From an uncultured delta proteobacterium (GTDB lineage: Bacteria; Desulfobacterota; WTBG01; CAIYCZ01; CAIRTM01), in assembly GCA_903881505.1 (NCBI GenBank), contig CAIRTM010000102.1:8389-72388 (forward strand): a stretch of 64,000 nucleotides of DNA, given 5' to 3'. A program made the translations under genes and the position numbers. Positions 1-10,453 of this stretch are shown here, one piece after another (position 1 is the first letter of the stretch; each line of letters opens with the position of its first letter). The notes beneath the pieces were generated by a model. That model saw nothing but the letters and a program-made list of their open reading frames with translations, was not told the DNA's origin and did not search any database.

Positions 1-168
1 CCCGGCATCCCGCAAAAGGCGGTCGATCATGGTAAGCAGCAGAATCGAGTAATTCCCTGCGCCGCTGCGCATGTCCTCGCCGGCCAGAACGCCGCCGGCT
101 ATAAGGGCGGCGCTGCACCAGGACGAGGAGCTGTCGATCGCCAGAACAGAAAGAGGCTTTTCAATCAT
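1..168 (-). CDS. tsaB: TsaB/YeaZ-family tRNA t6A biosynthesis protein, N-terminal fragment (gene runs off the left edge)
   Basis: Own translation of the minus strand from the ATG at 168-166 gives MIEKPLSVLAIDSSSSWCSAALIAGGVLAGEDMRSGAGNYSILLLTMIDRLLRDAG. This fits the TsaB N-terminal pattern (LAIDTS..CS.AL ... hs..Ll..i..lL). It is absent from the ORF track because it has no stop inside the window. Confidence 0.55.
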   Translation of the reverse strand, partial: MIEKPLSVLAIDSSSSWCSAALIAGGVLAGEDMRSGAGNYSILLLTMIDRLLRDAG

Positions 169-192
169 GGTGTCCGCCTGCGGGTCGTCTGC

Positions 193-1299
193 TTAAAACA
201 GACCCTGTGAGAGCCTGGCCACGTCATTGTAGCAGACAAACAGCATCAGCGCGAGCAGCAGGGCCAGGCCGACCTGGTGTGATATTTCCATGACCCGCAC
301 GCTGACCGGGCTGCCCTTGACAGCCTCAATCAGCAGAAACAGGATATGGCCGCCGTCAAGGATCGGGATGGGCAGCAGGTTGAATATGCCCAGGTTAAGG
401 CTGATGACGGCCATGAGCAGCACAAAGCTGATAATGCCCTGGCGGGCGAAATCGCCGGCTATTTTACCGATTAAAATCGGCCCGCCCAGATGCTCCTTGT
501 TAGCAACCGGGCTTGTAATGAGCATACCGAGCAGTTCGAACGTCAATTTCGTGTATTTCCAGACATCCTGGCAGGCTTTGCCTGCAGACGCCAGCGGTCC
601 ATAGCGCCGCAGTTCAAAGCCCTCGGCCGACGGCGCGATGCCGACCATATATTTGTCCTGCTCGCGCCCGAGTTCGTCTTCGCGCTGCTTGATCTCGGGC
701 CGCAGAGCGATTTCGATCGCGTCGCTGCCGCGCCGGATGCTCAGGCGCAGTTCGCGGCCGCCGCTTTCAGTAACGATTGCCTGCAGGTCATCCCAGTAGC
801 GGATCGGGCGTCCGTCAATGGATTCGACGCTGTCGCCGGGAGCGATGCCGGCGCGCGCGGCCGGTGAATCCTCGATGACTTCGCCGATCAGTGTCGTCAA
901 GACGGGAAATCCTACCATATAGACAAACGCGTAAACAACAGTGGCAAAGATAATGTTGAAGGCCGAGCCTGCAACCAGTATCAAAAAGCGCGCGCCCGTA
1001 CTCTGGGAATTGAGCGCAAAAGGCCGGTCCTCATCGGCAACCGGCTCATCCGGAGACTCGCCCAGCGGCTTGACGTAGCCGCCAAGCGGAAGCGCAGAGA
1101 TAACATACTCGGTGTCGCCGATTTTTTTGCCGATCAGTTTCGGGCCGAAGCCCAGCGAAAATTTCAGCACCCGCACACCACACAGCTTTGCCAGCAGAAA
1201 GTGCCCGAGTTCATGCACAAAAATCAGGATGCCGAGCAGCACGACGGCGGGGAGGATATAGCTGGTCACAACAGTTGAACTGCTGAGTATGATGTCCAT
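193..1299 (-). CDS. rseP: RIP site-2 zinc metalloprotease RseP
   Basis: HELGH zinc motif near the N-terminus (VHELGHFLLAK), a central PDZ-like segment, multiple TM helices and a C-terminal LPIPILDGG motif. It sits in the conserved position after dxr. Confidence 0.9.
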   Translation of the reverse strand: MDIILSSSTVVTSYILPAVVLLGILIFVHELGHFLLAKLCGVRVLKFSLGFGPKLIGKKIGDTEYVISALPLGGYVKPLGESPDEPVADEDRPFALNSQSTGARFLILVAGSAFNIIFATVVYAFVYMVGFPVLTTLIGEVIEDSPAARAGIAPGDSVESIDGRPIRYWDDLQAIVTESGGRELRLSIRRGSDAIEIALRPEIKQREDELGREQDKYMVGIAPSAEGFELRRYGPLASAGKACQDVWKYTKLTFELLGMLITSPVANKEHLGGPILIGKIAGDFARQGIISFVLLMAVISLNLGIFNLLPIPILDGGHILFLLIEAVKGSPVSVRVMEISHQVGLALLLALMLFVCYNDVARLSQGLF

Positions 1300-1455
1300 G
1301 AGGCCTCTTCTAATGAGCGCAGATATGCGGGCGCCGGGTTACGGTTGTTGCAGCAACTGTTCTGATACGGCCCGTATCGCCGTGACGATTCCGGTCTTCG
1401 ACAGTGATACCGATTGAGATAGAAGCACAGGGCCGCACCTGCTCTTCAAAACAGT

Positions 1456-2640
1456 TCAGCCGGAATCGCTGCATGTGCCGCTGTCCAGCAGTTCACGCGC
1501 GCGGGTTCGGGCCCAGCGGTCGGCCTCCAGAACCCTCTCCATGCTCAGCGGGGCTCCGTCGGCGCTGAAAGCGTCCATGACCTTTTCAATCAGGGCCGGC
1601 ATGGCGTGAAACGCCAGGTTGCCGGCTAGAAAAGTTTCAACCGCGATTTCGTTGGCGGCGTTCATGACTGCGGGCATGAGCCCCGCCTGGCGCAGTGCGC
1701 GAAACGCCAGCGTCAGGCACGGAAAGCGACGGGTGTCAGGGGCTGAAAAACTCAACTCGCCCAGTGCAACCAGGTCAAGCGGCTGCATGATCGATTCCAA
1801 GCGTTCCGGGAATGAGAACGCGTAGGCGATCGGGCCGCGCATATCCGGCTGCGACAGCTGCGCCAGGACGGTCCCGTCTACAAACGCCACCATGGAATGC
1901 ACGATGCTTTGCGGGTGCACGACGACCTTGATCCGATCAGGCGCGATGTCGAACAGCCAGCGGGCTTCGATAACTTCCAGGCCCTTATTCATCAGCGAGG
2001 CTGAATCAATGGTAACCTTGCTGCCCATGTTCCAGCGCGGATGGCGCAGGGCTTCGGCCGGCGTGACCCTCCTCAACTCATCAATGCCCGTGTTCAGGAA
2101 AGGGCCGCCGGATGCCGTCAGAATAATGGAGCTGATGTGCTCCGTGCCCTGTCCGTTAAGGACTTGAAACACGGCGCTGTGCTCGCTGTCGACCGGGATG
2201 ATGCGGCATCCGCTTTGGCGGGCCTGCGCCATCATCAGCTCTCCGGCCATGACCAGAGATTCCTTGTTCGCCAGCGCAACGTCTTTGCCGGCCTGCAGGG
2301 CCGCAAAAGTCGGCTGCAATCCGGCGGACCCGGCAATGGCCGCAAGCACCACATCGGCTTCCGGCATGGTCGCTGCGCGCAGCAGCCCCTGCTTTCCGGC
2401 AACGACTTCAGCGCGGCTTCCCGCGGGCAGCCTGCGACGCAGCTCGTCTGCGGCTGCAGGGTCGGCAAGGCAGGCCAGCGCCGGATCAAATGCGCTGATT
2501 TGCGCCAGCATGCTGTCGATGCTGGCTGAGGCCGCGATTGCGCTTACCTTGAAACGGTCGCCGTGGCGCGCAATAACATCAAGCGCGCTGGTCCCGATTG
2601 ACCCGGTTGATCCAAGCAGGGAAATGTTTTTGCGTTGCAT
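1456..2640 (-). CDS. dxr: 1-deoxy-D-xylulose 5-phosphate reductoisomerase
   Basis: N-terminal NADPH motif LLGSTGSIGTS, plus the VDSEHSA and NKGLEVIEA blocks typical of Dxr. Conserved uppS-cdsA-dxr-rseP order. Confidence 0.93.
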   Translation of the reverse strand: MQRKNISLLGSTGSIGTSALDVIARHGDRFKVSAIAASASIDSMLAQISAFDPALACLADPAAADELRRRLPAGSRAEVVAGKQGLLRAATMPEADVVLAAIAGSAGLQPTFAALQAGKDVALANKESLVMAGELMMAQARQSGCRIIPVDSEHSAVFQVLNGQGTEHISSIILTASGGPFLNTGIDELRRVTPAEALRHPRWNMGSKVTIDSASLMNKGLEVIEARWLFDIAPDRIKVVVHPQSIVHSMVAFVDGTVLAQLSQPDMRGPIAYAFSFPERLESIMQPLDLVALGELSFSAPDTRRFPCLTLAFRALRQAGLMPAVMNAANEIAVETFLAGNLAFHAMPALIEKVMDAFSADGAPLSMERVLEADRWARTRARELLDSGTCSDSG

Positions 2641-2673
2641 GCGCAGTGCTTTCAGGTCGCCGGGCGCAGGCGA

Positions 2674-3486
2674 TCACAGGCCGGCAAAACGTATATAGTA
2701 ATAGAGAAACGGCGCGGCAAACAAAAGGCTGTCAATGCGGTCGAGCATGCCTCCATGGCCCGGCAGGATCGTGCCGGAATCCTTGACGCCGCAGGAGCGC
2801 TTGATGGCCGATTCGCTTAAATCGCCGATTTGGTTCAGCGTGTTGATGCCGACGGCCATGGCGACAGCGTGCGGGACAGCGATATGGTTTAAAAATGTTG
2901 CCTGACATACAAGCGAAACCGCCAGACTGAACACCATGCCCCCGCAGGAACCTTCCACTGTTTTTGCCGGGCTGACCCTCGGACACAGCCGGTGTTTGCC
3001 CAGCGAACGGCCGACCAGATAGGCCCCGATATCGCCGGCCCAGGTTACAAACAGAAGGAACAACGCCAGGCTGATGCCCTGCGGCAGGGCGCGCAGCAGG
3101 AGAAAAAATGAAGGCAGAAGGGTTAAATAAAAAATGCCGAAAAACAGGATTGCAACCCGGTCAAACGGGACGCTGCTTTTGTGGCCGCAGCAGATATAGC
3201 CGGTGAATATCAGCATGAATGCCGCCATGCACGCGCCGGTCGCCGCCAGCCCGTGTGTGTTTGCGGCGGTGTCTGCGTAGCTTGCGCCCAGCACGAGCGC
3301 TCCCAGCGCAAGAGCGCCGCAGAGCTCCGCTGTCCGCGGCTCCTTCAGTGCCATGGCGTAATATTCATACAGGGCTGTCAGGCATACCAGCAAAGCCAGC
3401 AGGAAAAAGCCGCCCGTGCCCGCCCTCGCAATCAGAGCGACGGCAAGCGGTGCGGCAACCAAAACGGTAATAGAGCGGGAAAGCAT
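2674..3486 (-). CDS. cdsA: phosphatidate cytidylyltransferase
   Basis: Polytopic membrane protein carrying the CTP-transferase signature SAIKRSCGVKDSGTILPGHGGMLDRIDS near the C-terminus. Confidence 0.9.
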   Translation of the reverse strand: MLSRSITVLVAAPLAVALIARAGTGGFFLLALLVCLTALYEYYAMALKEPRTAELCGALALGALVLGASYADTAANTHGLAATGACMAAFMLIFTGYICCGHKSSVPFDRVAILFFGIFYLTLLPSFFLLLRALPQGISLALFLLFVTWAGDIGAYLVGRSLGKHRLCPRVSPAKTVEGSCGGMVFSLAVSLVCQATFLNHIAVPHAVAMAVGINTLNQIGDLSESAIKRSCGVKDSGTILPGHGGMLDRIDSLLFAAPFLYYYIRFAGL

Positions 3487-3537
3487 GGCAGTTTTCGTGC
3501 ACTTGAGCAGCAGGGCGGGATGCAGCCCGGCGCGCGC

Positions 3538-4284
3538 TTATGCGTTTACGGACAGCTGTTCGTCGGTTCGTCCGAAGCGGCGTTTGCGTGTTTGATATTC
3601 GGCAATCGCCCGAAGGGTTTCCTCCTCGCGGAAGTCAGGCCAGAGCACATCAGTCACATACATCTCTGTATAGGCGATCTGCCAGAGCAGAAAATTACTG
3701 ATGCGCATTTCGCCGCTGGTTCGGATCAGCAGGTCCGGGTCAGGCATATCCGCGGTGTAGAGGTGCCGTGCAACGCACCGCTCATCAATCGCGGCAGGGT
3801 CAAGCTCCCCGCGGGCGGCTTTGCAGGCAATCTCTTTTGCAGCCCGCACGATTTCCTCCCGGCCACCGTAGCTCCAGGCGATGTTCAGCACCATGCCGGT
3901 ATTATCGCGGGTTTTTTCAAGGCCACTGCGGGCCAGCTCATAGGCATCGCGGGGCAGACGGTCAATTTCGCCCATGGTCGTAACGCGAATATTCGCGCGG
4001 TGAAGGTTGTCGATTTCCTTCTGTATGAAGGTTTTGAGCAGCAGCATCAGCGCACGCACTTCCGTTTCAGGCCGCAGCCAATTCTGCACTGAAAACGCAT
4101 ACAGGCTTAAATACTCAACGCCGACCTGAGCACAGGTGCTGATAACGGCCCTGACCGAGTCCATGCCGACCTGGTGGCCATGGATGCGCGGCATGGAGCG
4201 ATTTTTGGCCCATCTGCCGTTGCCGTCCATGATAACGGCGATATGTCGGGGCAGGTTTTCCCTGCTGAGGTCGTTGATTTTCAT
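3538..4284 (-). CDS. uppS: di-trans,poly-cis-undecaprenyl-diphosphate synthase
   Basis: HIAVIMDGNGRWAK and IRTSGEMRISNFLLWQIAYTE signature blocks. Confidence 0.93.
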   Translation of the reverse strand: MKINDLSRENLPRHIAVIMDGNGRWAKNRSMPRIHGHQVGMDSVRAVISTCAQVGVEYLSLYAFSVQNWLRPETEVRALMLLLKTFIQKEIDNLHRANIRVTTMGEIDRLPRDAYELARSGLEKTRDNTGMVLNIAWSYGGREEIVRAAKEIACKAARGELDPAAIDERCVARHLYTADMPDPDLLIRTSGEMRISNFLLWQIAYTEMYVTDVLWPDFREEETLRAIAEYQTRKRRFGRTDEQLSVNA

Positions 4285-4508
4285 GGCGTCTTTCCGGATG
4301 TAACCCTTTAATGCGGCGCTGCGGTCTTGTATGACACTGCGGCCCTATAAATGTATAACTATATAATTTATCACAAAAAAATAGTCCTCTCAAGCGCATT
4401 TTATGAATCATGTGCGCCCTGTAGCGGGATTTGTGCGGACGCTGAAACACAAACAGGACGCCGGCGTTTCCCGGCGCCCTGTAGGCTTGCTGTTTCGGGT
4501 ACTGTTTT

Positions 4509-4529
4509 CTGCGGGGGCAGTCCCCGCAG
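4509..4529 (-). terminator. 8-bp GC hairpin immediately downstream of the frr stop
   Basis: ctgcgggg-gcagt-ccccgcag lies 3 nt after the frr stop. No clear U-tract follows on the minus strand, so terminator function is uncertain. Confidence 0.25.
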
Positions 4530-4531
4530 GT

Positions 4532-5089
4532 CTAAATTTCAAGTATTTCCGCTTCTTTCACCCGGGTCATTTCATCGACCCTGGTAATATAGTCGTCGGT
4601 GATTTTCTGTACATTCGCCTGGGAGTTGAACATTTCATCTTCGCTGATTTTTTTATCGGTTTTCATAGCCTTGAGGTCATCGTTTACTTTGCGGCGGTGG
4701 TTGCGGATCGAGACTTTGGCAGCTTCGGCCATTTTTTTGACAACCTTCACGAGTTCCTTGCGGCGCTCCTCGGTCAGCGGCGGGATGGAGACGCGCACCA
4801 GCTTGCCGTCACTGCTCGGCGTGAGCCCCAGGTCGGCTTTTAAAATCGCTTTTTCGATTTCCTTAATTACCTGGGCGTCCCAGGGCTGAATGGTGATCAT
4901 TCGCGGCTCCGGTATCGCCAGGGTCGCAAGCTGGTTCAGGGGCGTGGGTGTGCCGTAGTAATCAACGCGCACACTGTCGAGCAGGGAAATGGATGCCCGG
5001 CCCGTGCGGACCTTGGAAAACTCCTTTGCCAGGGAATCAAGACTGCCGTCCATCTCGGCCTTTGTCTGCTGCTCGAATTGCTTGTCCAT
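4532..5089 (-). CDS. frr: ribosome recycling factor
   Basis: 185 aa. RTGRASISLLDSVRVDYYGTPTPLNQLA and IPPLTEERRKELVK blocks match Frr. Confidence 0.93.
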   Translation of the reverse strand: MDKQFEQQTKAEMDGSLDSLAKEFSKVRTGRASISLLDSVRVDYYGTPTPLNQLATLAIPEPRMITIQPWDAQVIKEIEKAILKADLGLTPSSDGKLVRVSIPPLTEERRKELVKVVKKMAEAAKVSIRNHRRKVNDDLKAMKTDKKISEDEMFNSQANVQKITDDYITRVDEMTRVKEAEILEI

Positions 5090-5092
5090 GGT

Positions 5093-5818
5093 CTACCCCC
5101 GTATAAAAGTTCCTGTTTTTTGACCCCGGGCCGCATTGTATATATTGCCGGGTACATGTATGTCAAAAACGGTGATCGGCAGCCTGTTGTCCATGCACAG
5201 CGTAATGGCGGTCAGGTCCATGACAGCCAGCTTGCGGTCAAGAACCTCCTGATAGCTGAGGGTTTCGAAGCGTCTGGCATCGGCATGTTTTGCCGGGTCC
5301 CGGTCATAGACGCCATCGACCTTGGTCGCCTTCATAATCAGGTCGGCGTTGATTTCGCTTGCCCGCAGTGCCGCTGCCGTGTCGGTTGAGAAAAACGGAT
5401 TGCCGGTGCCGGCGGCAAAGATCACCACGCGCTTTTTTTCAAGATGGCGGATGGCCCGGCGCCGGATGTAGGGCTCGGCGATTTGATGCATCGGGATGGC
5501 CGACTGCACGCGGGTGGGCACGCCCAGCTTTTCAAGCGCGTCCTGCAGGGCCAGGCTGTTCATGACCGTGGCCAGCATGCCGATATGGTCGGCGCTGCTC
5601 CGGTCCATGCCCTGGGCGCTGTCGGACAGGCCCCGGAAGATATTACCTCCGCCGATAACAACGCCGAGCTCGATGCCGGCCTGCTGCACCCGGGCAATGT
5701 CGCCCGCGACGGTTTTTACCACGTCCGGGTCAATGCCGTAGGGCTTTGACCCCTTGAGCGCTTCCCCGCTCAGCTTCAGCAAGATGCGCGAAAACACACC
5801 CGTTCCGTCAGCCGACAT
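5093..5818 (-). CDS. pyrH: UMP kinase
   Basis: [19 protein letters not shown] and [20 protein letters not shown] motifs. The start is moved to the internal ATG at 5818 (MSADGTG), which is preceded by GGAGG. The longer track ORF to 5914 has an implausible N-terminus. Confidence 0.9.
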   Translation of the reverse strand: MSADGTGVFSRILLKLSGEALKGSKPYGIDPDVVKTVAGDIARVQQAGIELGVVIGGGNIFRGLSDSAQGMDRSSADHIGMLATVMNSLALQDALEKLGVPTRVQSAIPMHQIAEPYIRRRAIRHLEKKRVVIFAAGTGNPFFSTDTAAALRASEINADLIMKATKVDGVYDRDPAKHADARRFETLSYQEVLDRKLAVMDLTAITLCMDNRLPITVFDIHVPGNIYNAARGQKTGTFIRG

Positions 5819-5943
5819 GAAGGCCTCCCGCATTGATGATAACGCATGGACGGTTATGTGAACACAACAGCGCTTCAGCGAAAGATACTGCCTGGTCGGC
5901 GCAGCCGTTGTCATACCGTATAACGGCTGCGCACTGATGTCAA

Positions 5944-6537
5944 CTATTCGCCGATCTTGAAACGGGCAAAACGCGCTATGCCGATGTTTTCGCCAAAGGT
6001 TGCAATGCCGTTTTTGATGAAATCGCTGATTTTGACCTTGTCATCCTTGACAAACGGCTGGTCCAGCAGGCACACTTCAGCGGCGAATTTGCTGACGCGG
6101 CCCTCGACGATTTTATCGACGATGTTCGCGGGCTTGCCGTCATTGAGGGCCTGGGTCCGGTAAATGCTGCGTTCCTGCTCGAGCACGTCCGCGGGGATAT
6201 CGTCTTTGGTCAGATAGCGCGGGGCCGCAGCAGCGATATGCATGGCGATATCGCGCGCGAATTCGATAAACTTTTCTCCCCGGGCGACAAAATCGGTCTC
6301 GCAGTTTATCTCGAGCAGAACGCCCAGCTTGTCTCCGGGATGGATGTAGGTGACAACACGCCCCTCGCGGGTGGCGCGCCCGGATTTTTTCGACGCCGAG
6401 GCAATGCCTTTCTCCCGCAGGTATACAATCGCCTTCTCCATATCGCCGCCGGTCTCGGCAAGCGCCTTTTTGCAGTCCATCATGCCCGCGCCGGTCCTTT
6501 CGCGCAGGATTTTTACGGTTTTCGCATCAACATCCAT
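5944..6537 (-). CDS. tsf: translation elongation factor Ts (short ~200-aa form)
   Basis: The N-terminal UBA-like signature [16 protein letters not shown]. Located between rpsB and pyrH. Confidence 0.92.
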   Translation of the reverse strand: MDVDAKTVKILRERTGAGMMDCKKALAETGGDMEKAIVYLREKGIASASKKSGRATREGRVVTYIHPGDKLGVLLEINCETDFVARGEKFIEFARDIAMHIAAAAPRYLTKDDIPADVLEQERSIYRTQALNDGKPANIVDKIVEGRVSKFAAEVCLLDQPFVKDDKVKISDFIKNGIATFGENIGIARFARFKIGE

Positions 6538-6569
6538 GGTGGTAACACTCCTTGCATCTATGGGGCCGG

Positions 6570-7331
6570 TTACTCGGCCGTTTCCTTCAGGGCCTCTTCC
6601 GCCCGCCTGGCAGCCTTCAGGGCCGCTTCCTTGTTCATTTCCTGCTGCTTGCGCTCACCGGCTGCAATTGCGTCGGCTATTTTCGAGCTGAACAGCTTAA
6701 CAGCCCGGATGGCGTCGTCATTGCCGGGGATGAGGTAGTCAATGCCTTCCGGATCGCAGTTGGTGTCAAGCAGCGCGATGGTGGGGATGCCCAGTTTCTT
6801 TGCTTCGGAGAGCGCAATTTTTTCTTTTTTGGGGTCGACTATAAACAGAGCGGCCGGCAGGCGGTCCATGCTGCGAATGCCTTCGAACACGAAATTGAGC
6901 TTTTCAATTTCGCGCTCAAAACCCAGGGCTTCTTTCTTCTTGAAGTGGACAAATTCGCCCGAGTCGCGCATGGATTCAAGAGTTTTAAGGCGTTCAATGC
7001 TTTTCTTTACGGTGCTGAAATTCGTCAGAAGCCCGCCCAGCCAGCGGTTGGTTATGTAGTGGTGTCCCACACGCTGCGCTTCCTCGTTGATAGCCTCCTG
7101 GGCCTGGCGCTTTGTGCCGACAAACAGCACTTTACCGCCCTGCGCTACCGTATTGACCACAAAGTCGCAGGCCTCCCGGAACATCACCACTGTTTTCTGC
7201 AGGTCGATAATATGAATTCCGTTGCGCGCCCCGAAAATATAGGGCTTCATCTTCGGATTCCATCTGCTGGTCTGGTGGCCGAAGTGCACTCCCGCCTCAA
7301 GCATCTGTTTCATCGTCGTCGTTGTAGCCAA
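6570..7331 (-). CDS. rpsB: 30S ribosomal protein S2
   Basis: [35 protein letters not shown] is near-identical to the canonical S2 N-terminus. The best start is the TTG at 7331-7329, 7 nt after GGAGG, giving [11 protein letters not shown] as in E. coli MATVSMRDML. Confidence 0.93.
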   Translation of the reverse strand: MATTTTMKQMLEAGVHFGHQTSRWNPKMKPYIFGARNGIHIIDLQKTVVMFREACDFVVNTVAQGGKVLFVGTKRQAQEAINEEAQRVGHHYITNRWLGGLLTNFSTVKKSIERLKTLESMRDSGEFVHFKKKEALGFEREIEKLNFVFEGIRSMDRLPAALFIVDPKKEKIALSEAKKLGIPTIALLDTNCDPEGIDYLIPGNDDAIRAVKLFSSKIADAIAAGERKQQEMNKEAALKAARRAEEALKETAE

Positions 7332-7811
7332 GGTACTGCCTCCTTTTCTGCGCGGCTGCCGCGGGGCATTGCGGGCTTTCAGCCATTCCGCAACAGGACC
7401 CCGTTAAAGGGCGTCCTTTTCCGCTGAGCTTGCCGCTGTCAAAAATTGATATCTTCCGCTACCCAGTTGATCTATACCACTGGTTTTGCGGGGTTCTTAG
7501 TAAACTTGACAGTAATATCATATGTTTAATATGTCTGCAAGCAATAAATATTGAGATCCTTATACAACGCCCGGATGCCATGTTGCGTCCCGCCGCGGGG
7601 GGATCAGTGCGGCGTGCAGGACAAACGTATCAACTGCTTGTGGCGTTTTGATACTCCCAGATCTCCAATACACTCATGAATATATACGGCGCTGCACGAT
7701 CATCCTGCCCCTGCCGTGCGCCACCCGCCCGTCATTCGTTTAGCACTGAGATGGCCCTGGAAAGCTGGTGTTTATGATCCAGAGAATCGTCATTTTTATC
7801 AAAATATTTTA

Positions 7812-9335
7812 TTAGGTGGAACCCAATCGAAACTTGAACCGGATGTAATTATGAATCGAATTTCTCTCGATTTGTGACATCCCAATAGTGTAAACTAGCA
7901 CTAAAAGCAATAGCGTAGAAGAGGCTGATAAAATGAATAACCTTAAAAAGCTTTCATCAAACAGGCTTTTTATAACAAAGAGAGTTAGCATTGGAATCGT
8001 AATCATGAACATTTTCAAATAGGCTTTTAAAAAAAACTCCTTAACGTCAAACTTAATCAGGCGTTTCAGCAAAAACTGCATCACTACAAAATTGACAATG
8101 GCAGCACCTGTAAATACCATTGGCATCATATAAGGCTCAGCGCCAGTTTTAAACAAATAATAAGAAACAGGCAATGCAAGCAGAGTAATTAAGCTAAGTA
8201 TTATCTGAAAAAATTTAATGGTCCCGGTCGCTTGCACGGCAGCCGGTATTCCTGCATTCATAATTGAGATTAGGGCATTAACAATCATTATCTGAACGAA
8301 TATTACGGTGTAATCAGGCACTTCTTTCAGCCATAAATTCATAATGTATTTTGTTTCCAACAAAATTGGAAAGGCAGGAATCATCATCAAAAAAAAGGAG
8401 TATTTTGAAGATAAAATAACCAAATCCATCGTTCGGGTAATATTACCACTGCCAAAACTTTTCGTTATTTGGGGAACTGCAGAACTATTTAAACTTTGCG
8501 CGAACATTTTTATAATGTTGTTAACCTGGTTAGCAATACCAAAAGCGGCATTGACAAATGTTCCGAAAAAAACGTTGATGATTATTGCAGATATGTATGA
8601 TTCCGATGCCGATGCCGAAGCTCCCAATAATATCCAACCCCCAAAACCCAACATCTCTTTATACTTTTTCCTGTCGCGCTGAAAGTTCCATTTAATCAAC
8701 TCGGCATAGTGCCTTTTTGAATATAAAAAATAAGCCAGTGCAGGCAGCAAAGAAATCAATGCAATCAAAAAGGCATATACGCGCAGACGATTCCCTGTAT
8801 AATTCTGAAGCAAAAGAACAACAATCAAGGTAAGTGCACTCATCCCTATCGCGATGCTCGCTGGAACTATAAATTTCTCTTTGGCAGTTATAAGGCCTTG
8901 ATACGGGATGCTTATGATCGAGGTAAACGTAGCCAGCACTGAAAATCTAAATACGAACAAGGCATCAGGGATTTTGCCTCCAGCCACGTTGAGGTAGTGT
9001 TTTATGTAAAAAACTCCCACTGTCTCGGCAAGTACGAGTGTAATGAATGCAAGAAGCAAATGTAACGTTATACTGATGTTAAAAACCTTATTTACATTTC
9101 CATCCCTACCCCTGCCCAACTCGAAAGCAACAAAGCGATAGGTTGTTGAAACCATGATGTTGTTCAAAAAGGCCATCATGGAAACAATGCCGCCGACAAC
9201 AGCATATAAGCCATAATCAGAAGCGCCTAGAGCCACCAAAACATAGCGTGCCGATATAAAGCCAATAGCGGATGTAATTATTAATCTGATATAGAGAATC
9301 AGACTGTTTTTTACTATTATTTTGTTTTCTGACAT
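7812..9335 (-). CDS. Wzx-like polysaccharide/O-unit flippase (MOP superfamily)
   Basis: 507 aa, about 12-14 predicted TM helices, with the Lys/Phe/Ile-rich composition typical of flippases. Very AT-rich DNA, in a glycan gene context. Confidence 0.7.
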   Translation of the reverse strand: MSENKIIVKNSLILYIRLIITSAIGFISARYVLVALGASDYGLYAVVGGIVSMMAFLNNIMVSTTYRFVAFELGRGRDGNVNKVFNISITLHLLLAFITLVLAETVGVFYIKHYLNVAGGKIPDALFVFRFSVLATFTSIISIPYQGLITAKEKFIVPASIAIGMSALTLIVVLLLQNYTGNRLRVYAFLIALISLLPALAYFLYSKRHYAELIKWNFQRDRKKYKEMLGFGGWILLGASASASESYISAIIINVFFGTFVNAAFGIANQVNNIIKMFAQSLNSSAVPQITKSFGSGNITRTMDLVILSSKYSFFLMMIPAFPILLETKYIMNLWLKEVPDYTVIFVQIMIVNALISIMNAGIPAAVQATGTIKFFQIILSLITLLALPVSYYLFKTGAEPYMMPMVFTGAAIVNFVVMQFLLKRLIKFDVKEFFLKAYLKMFMITIPMLTLFVIKSLFDESFLRLFILSASSTLLLLVLVYTIGMSQIERNSIHNYIRFKFRLGST

Positions 9336-9389
9336 TTAATAATGCTGGCAGAAGGTTTAACAGGCATATATTTCCACTCAAACCAATAA

Positions 9390-10340
9390 CTATTGTAAAC
9401 GTTTAGGCCATAGTCCGGCGTTTACAAGCAATAATTTTGCAAAGATTTTAATTTTTGACTTTGCCGGAATCTTAAAATGCCGTGACATAATATGGTTTAT
9501 GTATGTATCGCTTTTAATGGCAACCGGTAAATTATAATCTTGAGCGGCAGAGTAAAGCTCTTGCTTAGCGAAGATATCATCTTCCATAATGCCACATCCG
9601 GTTCCACTGCCGTCATGGCCCATATTTCTCACCCGGCTAATGGTTGGAAAAACCGAATACATGCTGTTCACATATTGATGCAAGCAAACGGTTCCATCGC
9701 CTGAAACCTTATTTTTCTCCAGCATGGTTATCATTGCCGACAGATAATGATTTGCTATTTTTTGGAACCCATAAACATCTTTATAATTTTTCAGAAAGAG
9801 ACGAATGTTTGATAAAGCACCGGGCAGTTGAAAATCAACTTTCTCCCATTTGTCCTTCCAGATACCGACACCCCAGGCTGAAAAACCCTGCCAAAGATAA
9901 ACCTCTTTATCATAATTCCCTGGCATTTCGATTGGATATTGGTAGCCAGAAACCGAGAAAATATCTTCCCGGTTCTTATAGACATCAAGGCCTTTATTAA
10001 CGAAAAACAAGAAATCAGGCGCAAAGACATTATCATCCTCAGAACAAATCAACCTGTCATATCTTTTAAAAAGATATTCGACAGATTTAAAAAAATTGTC
10101 CACTGCGCCATAGTTCCTCTCTCGCGCGATAACGGTAACTTTATTGAACCCTTTAATACCGGGCAGGTACGCTTTGGTATGTTCATATCCCTCCCAATGC
10201 GAATCCTTAAGCGGGTAATCCAAAAATATAAAAAGATCGGTTTTTTCGGCATGGGCGCATTTTGACAATGATTCGACACAGCGCTTGAAATGCTCATGGC
10301 GATTCAATGTTGGAATAAATACAGGCGCAAAGTTATTCAT
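9390..10340 (-). CDS. GT-A fold glycosyltransferase (GNT-I/GT2-like)
   Basis: N-terminal PVFIPTLNRHEHFKRCVESL (the Rossmann-like GT-A start) and an acidic CSEDDNVFAPDF (DxD-like) motif. The start is set at ATG 10340, preceded by AGGTG; the track start at 10397 is a TTG. Confidence 0.6.
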   Translation of the reverse strand: MNNFAPVFIPTLNRHEHFKRCVESLSKCAHAEKTDLFIFLDYPLKDSHWEGYEHTKAYLPGIKGFNKVTVIARERNYGAVDNFFKSVEYLFKRYDRLICSEDDNVFAPDFLFFVNKGLDVYKNREDIFSVSGYQYPIEMPGNYDKEVYLWQGFSAWGVGIWKDKWEKVDFQLPGALSNIRLFLKNYKDVYGFQKIANHYLSAMITMLEKNKVSGDGTVCLHQYVNSMYSVFPTISRVRNMGHDGSGTGCGIMEDDIFAKQELYSAAQDYNLPVAIKSDTYINHIMSRHFKIPAKSKIKIFAKLLLVNAGLWPKRLQ

Positions 10341-10453
10341 GTTAAACACCTGTTTTTTATAAATATTAAATGGTGCCGTGAATTTTTTTAAAAACAAATA
10401 ACCGTTAACTAGCTACAATGGATTCGCAATGCAGGCTTTTATCTCGGGGTTAT

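Noticed and set aside
7506-7532. Plus-strand TTGACA-N15-TAATAT promoter-like motif in the rpsB upstream region.
   Set aside because: The spacer is short (15 nt). The next plus-strand gene is 7.4 kb away, across six minus-strand genes. In AT-rich spacer DNA such matches arise by chance. It could drive an antisense or small RNA, but nothing in the sequence supports that.
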